The position numbers and the translations under genes are program-made. Of a stretch of 64,000 nucleotides of DNA, positions 35,871 to 42,923 are shown piece after piece. The notes below the pieces were generated by a model, which had not been told where the DNA came from, ran no database searches, and saw nothing but the letters and a program-made list of their open reading frames with translations. The stretch comes from a bacterium (GTDB taxonomy: Bacteria > UBA10199 > 2-02-FULL-44-16 > JAAZCA01): contig CAXXGI010000003.1 in assembly GCA_963674695.2 (NCBI GenBank), forward strand, positions 1,013,064 to 1,077,063, written 5' to 3'. Position 1 is the first letter of the stretch, and every line of letters begins with the position of its first letter.

Positions 35871-36938
35871 TCAAGTACTTTCCGGGATTTTCGGGCCGGA
35901 ACCAAACAGGTGCACGCGATCGGCCCAGTCCTTTGTGAACGTGAGCTTGGGCATGAGGTCAGGCGAAACCCAGACTTCCATGCCTGTTTCCGTCTGCTCG
36001 ATGAGGACCGCCTCAAACCCCGAAAGCCGCTGCACGATTTCAACTCCCTTGTGCAACCCCAGGACCATCACCGCCGTGGCCAGCGCATCGGCATCGGCGC
36101 CGTTGCCGCCCACGATCGTGGCGCTGAGCAGATGATTCGACACCGGCCGCCCCGTTCGCGGATCGATGATATGCGGATAGCGTTTCCCCTCGATCTCGGA
36201 ATAGCGACGATAGGTTCCAGAGGTGACCACCGCCCCCCCATCGATCGTGACCCGCGCGACGAGCGCATTCCCCTCCTGTGTCGGGTCCTGAATGCCGAAG
36301 GCAAACGACTCGCTGCCGAAGGCATAGGCATCGCCGCCAGCCTCGATCAACCCCCCCGCAACGCCGCGATCCTTGAGGACGGCTATCGCCGCATCGACGA
36401 TAAACCCCTTGGCGATCGCGCCGAAATCGAGCGACATCCCCTTGTGGGGCAAGAGGATCTTACCGCTGTTGCTCACAAGCACGTGTTTCATCCCGACGAG
36501 CTCTCGCGCCTGCGCAATGGCCACATCGGAGGGAAGCACCTGGGTCTTGGCCGCTTCTTTCCAGAGTTCGACGAGCGGTCCAATTGTCGGATCGAACGCC
36601 CCATCGCTCTCCGACGACCAGTGCCTCGAGAGCACGACCATGCGCTCCATCGTGGCACTCATGGCCATCGGCGCCCCGCCCGCATCGGCGTTGATGCGGC
36701 TGATCTCACTCGTCTCGCGATGCCGATCGAAGACCTTCTCCAACTCGGCCACGCGCGCCTCGACCGCGCTCACATCCTCGTCGAACTCGAAGAGATTGCG
36801 CCCATAGACCACGATCTTCGTGGGAATGCCCCCCATGGGATAGATCGTCGCATCATACCGCCGCGGCCGCAAAACGATGATCGCCGCCGCAATGACAACG
36901 ACCACCACGAGAATGATGAAGGTCTTGAGATGTTTCAT
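35871..36938 (-). CDS. apbE: FAD:protein FMN transferase (canonical ApbE)
   Basis: N-terminal TM anchor. Canonical motifs are present: YPMGG, GAFDPTIGPLVELW, LDFGAIAKGFIVD, TSGTYRRY, HIIDPRTGRP. It is the first gene of the rnf operon. Confidence 0.93.
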   Translation of the reverse strand: MKHLKTFIILVVVVVIAAAIIVLRPRRYDATIYPMGGIPTKIVVYGRNLFEFDEDVSAVEARVAELEKVFDRHRETSEISRINADAGGAPMAMSATMERMVVLSRHWSSESDGAFDPTIGPLVELWKEAAKTQVLPSDVAIAQARELVGMKHVLVSNSGKILLPHKGMSLDFGAIAKGFIVDAAIAVLKDRGVAGGLIEAGGDAYAFGSESFAFGIQDPTQEGNALVARVTIDGGAVVTSGTYRRYSEIEGKRYPHIIDPRTGRPVSNHLLSATIVGGNGADADALATAVMVLGLHKGVEIVQRLSGFEAVLIEQTETGMEVWVSPDLMPKLTFTKDWADRVHLFGSGPKIPEST

Positions 36939-36953
36939 GATTCCTCCGAAAAT

Positions 36954-36987
36954 CCGTGACTCGTGACTCGTGACTCGTGACTCGTAA
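36954..36987. repeat. (GTGACTCG)x4 word array upstream of apbE
   Basis: The sequence is ccgtgactcgtgactcgtgactcgtgactcgtaag, starting 16 nt upstream of the apbE ATG. Confidence 0.9.
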
Positions 36988-37102
36988 GAACGTTTTCCCC
37001 GGGAGGCGGCCTTGAAATCGGTGACCCGTAAATCTCTCCTTGATCGATGATTGTCAACACACTATAGGGCGAGCCTCATTCAAACACAACGCGGGAGTAC
37101 AT

Positions 37103-37492
37103 ATGCATGAGATGGCCATCGGAGAGACGATCCTCAAGGTAATCGACGAACAGGCACAGAAGAACCACTTCACGGTCGTGCGCAGCGCCACGCTCCGGCT
37201 CGGCCGGATGAACGCCTTCGAGCGCAAGAACCTCGAGCTCTGCCTGAAGACCTACAAGGAGGGCGTCTTCGCCCAGACCCGCTTCGACATCGAAGCCGTT
37301 CCGGTCGGCCTTGAGTGCCCTTCCTGCGCCCATCAGTATGAAGATGAACGCTTCGACGATTTCGACTTCGCCCACCGCACCGCCCACGCCCCGGGGCTCT
37401 ATGTCCCCCCCGCCTGCCCCAAGTGCGGCACCAAAGGCGCCACGATCGTCTCCGGCCAGGAAATGGAACTGGTCTCGATCGAAGGGGAATAG
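37103..37492 (+). CDS. hypA: Hydrogenase nickel incorporation protein HypA
   Basis: MHEMAIGETIL start with GGGAG RBS, and the Zn motif CPSC...CPKCG. Length is 129 aa. Confidence 0.9.
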   Translation: MHEMAIGETILKVIDEQAQKNHFTVVRSATLRLGRMNAFERKNLELCLKTYKEGVFAQTRFDIEAVPVGLECPSCAHQYEDERFDDFDFAHRTAHAPGLYVPPACPKCGTKGATIVSGQEMELVSIEGE

Positions 37493-37496
37493 TGCT

Positions 37497-37531
37497 GTTC
37501 GATGGTTCGATAGTTCGTCGGTTCGATGGTT
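37497..37531. repeat. (GTTCGATG)-type word array after hypA
   Basis: The sequence is gttcgatggttcgatagttcgtcggttcgatggtt, beginning 5 nt after the hypA stop. Confidence 0.85.
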
Positions 37532-37541
37532 TTCGTACCGT

Positions 37542-37741
37542 ATCGCTGCGCACGGGGAGGGGGTGTGTGCATGGCGACGTTATGACCGGAGCCGTATGAC
37601 GAACAAAAAGAGCGACTGGGTTCGCGAATTGCGAGCCGAAAACGAAGGATCCGCAATTCGCGTTTTTGAACCCAGCGCTCTTTTCGTGAGGAATAGGCGG
37701 AGGGAAGGCGCAGCACACACCCCCTCCCCGTGCGCAGCGAT
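37542..37741. mobile_element. 200-bp MITE-like / structured element with perfect 29-bp terminal inverted repeats
   Basis: ATCGCTGCGCACGGGGAGGGGGTGTGTGC (37542-37570) pairs with GCACACACCCCCTCCCCGTGCGCAGCGAT (37713-37741). An inner imperfect palindrome is AAAAGAGCGACTGGGTTCGCGAATTGCG / CGCAATTCGCGTTTTTGAACCCAGCGCTCTTTT. CCGT is found on both outer flanks. There is no coding capacity. Confidence 0.6.
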
Positions 37742-37891
37742 GCCGTGCAGGGCGTGCAAGCGGAGCGGACGCGCACAGATGAGGCCTGCCAACCGCTTGA
37801 ATCTCTTGCTGATCTCCAACTCTTCCGCGGTAATTCACCAGCCGAGGAACACCTTGACAGATGCCGTGTTCGGCCCGTAGAGTCGCGCCCC

Positions 37892-40267
37892 ATGAGCATT
37901 TGCGGCCGAAACCAGATTGTTGTCACGGGCACCGTCCAGGGGGTCGGGTTTCGTCCGTTTATCGCGCGGACCGCAACGACACTTGGGCTCGCAGGCTTTG
38001 TGACCAACACCCCTGAGGGCGTGCAGATCGAGGTTCAGGGGCCACCTGAACGGCTGGAGGCATTCCTCGAAGCGCTGCGCCAATCGCCGCCGCCGCTGGC
38101 GCGCATCCAATCGATCGAGAGCAAATCGATTGCGATCCTCGACGAAGCGAGTTTCGTCATCGCCCCCAGCCGATCCGGAGCGGGGACCACCACGATGATC
38201 TCGCCCGACATTGCCCCGTGCGCCGCCTGTGCCGCCGAACTGCTCGACCCGCAGGATCGACGCCATCGCTACCCCTTCATCAACTGCACCGATTGCGGCC
38301 CGCGCTATTCCATCATCCAGGGCCTGCCCTATGACCGCCCGCAGACGACCATGAAGCCCTTTGCGATGTGCGAGGCCTGCGCGACCGAATATGCCGACCC
38401 GACCGATCGTCGGTTTCACGCGCAGCCGGATGCGTGTGAGACGTGTGGACCGAAGATCTCCTTCGTGGTCTCGCAAGATCGTGGTCTCGTGGTCTCGCAC
38501 GACCCCCTTCATGATACCATCGCAGCGCTCGACGAAGGAGCGATCGTTGCGATCAAGGGGGTGGGCGGTTTTCACCTGGCCTGTGATGCACAGAGCGATG
38601 CGGCTGTATGCGAACTGCGTCGCCGCAAACGGCGGGATGAGAAGCCCTTCGCCCTGATGGTGAAAGACCTCGATGCCGCACGCGCCATTTGTCACGTCGA
38701 TGAAACCGAGGCGCAACTGCTGACATCGCCCGAGCGACCGATTGTCCTGCTGCGCAAACGCGACGCCATCCCGGTCGCGCAATCGGTCGCGCCCGGCAAC
38801 CAGAGACTCGGCGTCATGCTTCCCTCCTCCCCCCTGCATCACCTGCTTTTTCACGGGTCACGAGTTACGAGTTACGAGTCACGGATTTTCGTCATGACCA
38901 GCGCCAACATCTCCGATGAGCCGATCGTTCACACCAACGATGAGGCGTGCAGCAAACTGGCCGACATCGCCGATGCGTTTCTCATGCACGACCGCGACAT
39001 CCACGTCCGCATCGACGATTCGATCGCGCGCACGATGAATGGCCGTGCCCTCCTGATGCGTCGCGCACGCGGGTTCGTCCCCGCGCCCATACGGATGAAA
39101 CGCCCGATGCCGCCGATCCTCGCCACCGGCGCCGATCTCAAGGGGGCCATCTGCGTCACGCGCGGCCACAACGCGATCCTCTCGCAACACCTGGGCGACC
39201 TACAAAACGCCGAGGCCCATCGCGGATTCGAAGAAACGGTGGAGCACCTCACCACGCTCTTCGCGGTCCGTCCGGAGATCATCGCCTGCGACCTGCACCC
39301 CGATTATTTCAGCACCCGCTTCGCTGAAACGATCTCACGCTCTCTCGATCTTACGAAACCACGAGACCACGAGACCACGATCTCACGAGTACAACACCAC
39401 CACGCCCATATCGCCAGCTGCATGGCGGAGAACGATCTGCCCAACGAACCGGTCATCGGAATCGCGCTCGATGGCACCGGTTTTGGCACCGATGGCACCA
39501 TCTGGGGGGGCGAGCTGCTCATCGCCGACTACGAGGGGTTCACCCGCGCAGCGCGTTTCAAACCCGTGCCGATGCCGGGCGGCGATGCCGCTGCACGCGA
39601 ACCCTGGCGCATGGCGCTGGCGTACCTTCGGACCACGGACCATGGACCATGGACCAAAAACCAAAACCTCTTCCCATCGGTTCCGCGGGAGAAGATCGAC
39701 CTCGTTCGACAGGTGCTCGAGAAACGCATCAACTGCCCGATGACGTCGAGCTGCGGACGACTTTTCGATGCGATAGCCGCGCTCATCGGCCTGCGCACCG
39801 TGAACACGTTCGAGGGACAGGCCGCCATGGAGCTGGAACAAATTGCCGCGGATCATTGTGATGAAGCATACCCGTATACGATTGAGACACGAGACTCGAG
39901 ACACGAGACTCGAGACCACCCCCCTCTTCAGATAGGCTTTGAGAGAATGATCGAGCAGATCGTCAATGACGCGGTCGCAGGCATATCGCCATCGATCATC
40001 AGCGCCCGCTTCCACAACACCCTCATCGAGACCATCTCCGACGCTTGTCGCCGTATCCGTTCACGGTTCACGGTTCACGGTTCACGAGTGTGCCTCTCCG
40101 GCGGCTGTTTTCAAAACGCGTGCCTTGCGGAGGGACTCAAGAAAAAGCTTGTGGATCAAGGATTTACCGTCTATACGCATGCGCTCGTTCCGCCCAATGA
40201 CGGCGGCATCGCCCTGGGCCAGACCATCGTCGCGGCCCACCGGGCAGAGAGGCAGCAACGACCATGA
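37892..40267 (+). CDS. hypF: Carbamoyltransferase HypF
   Basis: Acylphosphatase domain (VTGTVQGVGFRPF), four CxxC Zn-finger pairs, YrdC-like block (IVAIKGVGGFHLACDA), and Kae1-like block (VQHHHAH, LSGGCFQN). ATG at 37892. It contains six repeat-word insertions (see findings). Confidence 0.95.
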   Translation: MSICGRNQIVVTGTVQGVGFRPFIARTATTLGLAGFVTNTPEGVQIEVQGPPERLEAFLEALRQSPPPLARIQSIESKSIAILDEASFVIAPSRSGAGTTTMISPDIAPCAACAAELLDPQDRRHRYPFINCTDCGPRYSIIQGLPYDRPQTTMKPFAMCEACATEYADPTDRRFHAQPDACETCGPKISFVVSQDRGLVVSHDPLHDTIAALDEGAIVAIKGVGGFHLACDAQSDAAVCELRRRKRRDEKPFALMVKDLDAARAICHVDETEAQLLTSPERPIVLLRKRDAIPVAQSVAPGNQRLGVMLPSSPLHHLLFHGSRVTSYESRIFVMTSANISDEPIVHTNDEACSKLADIADAFLMHDRDIHVRIDDSIARTMNGRALLMRRARGFVPAPIRMKRPMPPILATGADLKGAICVTRGHNAILSQHLGDLQNAEAHRGFEETVEHLTTLFAVRPEIIACDLHPDYFSTRFAETISRSLDLTKPRDHETTISRVQHHHAHIASCMAENDLPNEPVIGIALDGTGFGTDGTIWGGELLIADYEGFTRAARFKPVPMPGGDAAAREPWRMALAYLRTTDHGPWTKNQNLFPSVPREKIDLVRQVLEKRINCPMTSSCGRLFDAIAALIGLRTVNTFEGQAAMELEQIAADHCDEAYPYTIETRDSRHETRDHPPLQIGFERMIEQIVNDAVAGISPSIISARFHNTLIETISDACRRIRSRFTVHGSRVCLSGGCFQNACLAEGLKKKLVDQGFTVYTHALVPPNDGGIALGQTIVAAHRAERQQRP

Positions 40268-40737
40268 TACATCCCGGATTGATCATGCTGCTCATCATCG
40301 CCATCACCCTCATCATTGCCCCCTACGCCATGGCCTGGCGATTGGGTCGGCTGGGAAGGGCGATGCAGAAGAACACACCGGTGGCGACCACTCCGGTTCG
40401 ATTTCAGTCCTGGGTGACGGTGAAGGGAAACCGGGCGCTCACGCGGCAGAGCATCATCTGTCACATGATGCTTGTTGGAGAGACGCTTTCGTTCCGCCTC
40501 TTGTGGGGACCGCCCCGCACGCTACCACTGACCGCGTGCGTGCGCGCCGAAATCCTGACACGCGGCAAACGAGCGACGACCCTGCGCCTCGTCCCGCGCC
40601 ATCCCGATGATCTCGACACGCTCACCATCTCCGGCATCATCGATCTCCCGAAACTGGGCGAAATACTTCAGGCGGCGAACATCGACGTACAGCAGATGGC
40701 CGACGACCGCGGCGCACTGGACCTCATTCGAAACTGA
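40264..40737 (+). CDS. Hypothetical membrane-anchored protein encoded between hypF and hypC
   Basis: The ATG overlaps the hypF stop (ATGA). It has an N-terminal TM helix (GLIMLLIIAITLIIAPYAMAW) followed by a ~120-aa soluble domain with no motif I recognise. GC and codon usage look native. Confidence 0.6.
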   Translation: MIHPGLIMLLIIAITLIIAPYAMAWRLGRLGRAMQKNTPVATTPVRFQSWVTVKGNRALTRQSIICHMMLVGETLSFRLLWGPPRTLPLTACVRAEILTRGKRATTLRLVPRHPDDLDTLTISGIIDLPKLGEILQAANIDVQQMADDRGALDLIRN

Positions 40738-40752
40738 AATTAGGAGTGAATT

Positions 40753-40983
40753 ATGTGCCTGGCCGTACCCATGCAGATCACTGAAATCTCCGGCGACACG
40801 GCAACCGTGAACGTCTCGGGACTGAGCCAGTCGGCAAACGTCTCGCTCATCGACACCCCTGCCATCGGCGATTACGTCCTCATCCATGCGGGATTTGCCA
40901 TCCAACGCATCGATGAAGACGAGGCGTTCAAGACGGCCGAGTTGCTCAATAAGATGGCCTCATTCGTAAACGGTGAACAGTAA
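40753..40983 (+). CDS. hypC: Hydrogenase assembly chaperone HypC
   Basis: MCLAVPMQI N-terminus (essential Cys2). Length is 76 aa. Confidence 0.93.
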   Translation: MCLAVPMQITEISGDTATVNVSGLSQSANVSLIDTPAIGDYVLIHAGFAIQRIDEDEAFKTAELLNKMASFVNGEQ

Positions 40984-40987
40984 ACAG

Positions 40988-41048
40988 TTCACGGTTCACA
41001 GTTCACGGTTCACGGTTCACAGTTCACGGTTCACAGTTCACGGTTCAC
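40988..41048. repeat. (TTCACGGT/TTCACAGT) 8-nt word array, about 7.5 units, in the hypC-hypD spacer
   Basis: The sequence is ttcacggttcacagttcacggttcacggttcacagttcacggttcacagttcacggttcac, ending 2 nt before the hypD ATG. The ORF-track N-terminus of hypD (FTVHSSRFTVHSSRFTVHGS) is its translation. Confidence 0.9.
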
Positions 41049-41050
41049 AT

Positions 41051-42136
41051 ATGAAATACATCACCGAATATCGCGACCGCAATCACGCCAAGGCCCTGGT
41101 CGAAGCGATTGCGCGCGCGGCGAATGATCGTCCCATGACCTTCATGGAGGTCTGCGGCACGCACACGATGTCGCTCGGGCGCTTCGGCATCCGCGAATTG
41201 CTTCCGGAAAACATCCGGCTGATCTCGGGGCCGGGCTGCCCCGTATGCGTCACCCCCAACGCCTATCTCGACCATGCCATCGCGCTGGCGCGCCAGCCAA
41301 AGACGACCATCTGCACCTTCGGCGACATGATGCGCGTGCCCGGCTCCACCTCGAGCCTCGAAAAGGAGCGAAGCCAAGGGGCGGACATCCGTATCGTCTT
41401 CTCGACGCTCGATGCGCTGGCCATTGCGCGCGAACATCCCGATCGACAGATCGTCTTCCTCGGCGTCGGATTCGAAACGACCGCCCCCACGGTCGCCACG
41501 GCGATCAAGACGGCCGCCAACGAGAGGATCCCCAACTTCTCCGTCCTGTGCGCGCACAAGCTGGTCATGCCGGCACTCGAAGCGCTGCTGGCCGGAGAGG
41601 TTCAGCTCGACGGTTTTCTCCTTCCGGGACATGTGAGCGCCATCATCGGCGCGAAGGCCTACCGTCCACTTCTCTCACGCCACCGTATCGCCGGCGCCAT
41701 CGCCGGTTTTGAACCGACCGACATCCTCGAAGCCCTCTTCGAGCTGATTGGGCAGATCACCCATGACGATCCGAAGCTGACGACCGCATACGTGCGCGCC
41801 GTCACCGAGGAGGGCAACCAGCGCGCACGTGCCCTGATGGAGGAGATCTTCGAACCAACCGATGCCGAATGGCGCGGCCTGGGAACGATTCCCGCAAGTG
41901 GCCTAAACATCCGAAAACGTTATTCATCCTTCGATGCGGCAGAGCGTTTCACGATCGAAGTCGAACCGATGCGCGAACCGAAGGGGTGCCGCTGCGGCGA
42001 GATCCTGCAGGGCCGAATTGCGCCAACAGACTGCCCCCTCTTTGGAAAGAATTGCACGCCGACGCATCCGGTGGGTGCCTGCATGGTCTCCAGCGAAGGA
42101 ACGTGTGCGGCGTATTATAAATACCGTGACGCGTAA
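41051..42136 (+). CDS. hypD: Hydrogenase maturation protein HypD
   Basis: MKYITEYRD start. It has the CGTH, GPGCPVCV and GFETT motifs and a C-terminal Cys-rich FeS region. Length is 361 aa. Confidence 0.95.
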   Translation: MKYITEYRDRNHAKALVEAIARAANDRPMTFMEVCGTHTMSLGRFGIRELLPENIRLISGPGCPVCVTPNAYLDHAIALARQPKTTICTFGDMMRVPGSTSSLEKERSQGADIRIVFSTLDALAIAREHPDRQIVFLGVGFETTAPTVATAIKTAANERIPNFSVLCAHKLVMPALEALLAGEVQLDGFLLPGHVSAIIGAKAYRPLLSRHRIAGAIAGFEPTDILEALFELIGQITHDDPKLTTAYVRAVTEEGNQRARALMEEIFEPTDAEWRGLGTIPASGLNIRKRYSSFDAAERFTIEVEPMREPKGCRCGEILQGRIAPTDCPLFGKNCTPTHPVGACMVSSEGTCAAYYKYRDA

Positions 42137-42158
42137 CTCGTGACTCGTGACTCGTGAC
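42125..42158. repeat. (GTGACTCG) word array at the hypD stop
   Basis: The sequence is cgtgacgcgtaactcgtgactcgtgactcgtgac and includes the hypD TAA. Confidence 0.85.
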
Positions 42159-42211
42159 ATGAAAGGACGTAAATCACACGGGCGACAATCGAAACATCAA
42201 CCCTGCCATTT

Positions 42212-42371
42212 TACCGCCATAGCAGTAATTATAGCCATTCCCATCGACACATTCCCACTTTCCATCGAAAAATAGAAATATTTACTGCTGTAGCAGTATT
42301 TTATGTTGAACACCTCATACATAAGGCGTAGACTTACGATATACACAGATATTTTTACTGCTATCGCGGCA
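42212..42371. promoter_or_regulatory. Putative HipB operators (three TACTGCT-N2-AGCAGTA-like palindromes) in an AT-rich promoter region
   Basis: The three sites are TACCGCCATAGCAGTA (42212-42227), TACTGCTGTAGCAGTA (42283-42298, 7-bp perfect arms) and TACTGCTATCGCGGCA (42356-42371). They sit upstream of the HTH gene. Confidence 0.45.
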
Positions 42372-42379
42372 AAAAAGGA

Positions 42380-42613
42380 ATGATTATGGGTAGATCTCTC
42401 GCACATCTCATACGGTCTCATCGGAAAAAGAGCGGTCTCACACAAGCCCAACTCGCAACGATGGCCGGGGTCGGCAAGACCGTCGTCTTTGATGTCGAAC
42501 ATGGCAAGAAGACGATCATATTCGCGACGATTCAGAAGATGCTCAAGGTCCTCAACATTCACCTCATCGCCCAGAGCCCGCTCGAGGGAAACGTCACCAT
42601 TGAGGAGATCTGA
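42380..42613 (+). CDS. hipB: XRE-family HTH protein, HipB-like
   Basis: LRSHRKKSGLTQAQLATMAGVGKTVVFDVEHGK is a Cro/C1-type HTH. It is 77 aa and the first gene of a three-gene module. Confidence 0.85.
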   Translation: MIMGRSLAHLIRSHRKKSGLTQAQLATMAGVGKTVVFDVEHGKKTIIFATIQKMLKVLNIHLIAQSPLEGNVTIEEI

Positions 42614-42614
42614 C

Positions 42615-42923
42615 ATGAAAAAGGCTGCCATTTTCTTTCAGGCAATCAGAGCGGGGACGTTGGAGCAACGCGACGACGGTTCATGTCGCTTCTCCTACGA
42701 ACCGTCGTATGAAGGCCAACCGATCTCACTGACGATGCCAACAGCACAGGCCCACTACGACTTCGACGCCTTCCCCCCCTTCTTCGAAGGCCTCCTCCCC
42801 GAGGGAATACAACTCGAGGCCCTGCTCAAACAACGGAAGATCGATCGCAACGACCCCTTCTCCCAGCTCGTCGCGGTAGGCGCAGATCTCGTGGGAGCTG
42901 TCACGGTCGAGGAGATCGCATGA
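42615..42923 (+). CDS. hipS: HipS-like protein (stand-alone HipA N-terminal subdomain)
   Basis: GAGGAG RBS, 102 aa. It aligns with the first ~105 aa of E. coli HipA (..FFEGLLPEG.., ..LVAVGADLVGAVTV.. vs ..FFDNLLPDS.., ..LSEIGRDSVGAVTL..). Confidence 0.8.
   Translation: MKKAAIFFQAIRAGTLEQRDDGSCRFSYEPSYEGQPISLTMPTAQAHYDFDAFPPFFEGLLPEGIQLEALLKQRKIDRNDPFSQLVAVGADLVGAVTVEEIA

Noticed and set aside
42197-42631. 144-aa minus-strand ORF opposite hipB
   Set aside because: It overlaps the HTH gene, which has a clear Cro/C1 motif and RBS. The rest of it lies in the AT-rich promoter region.
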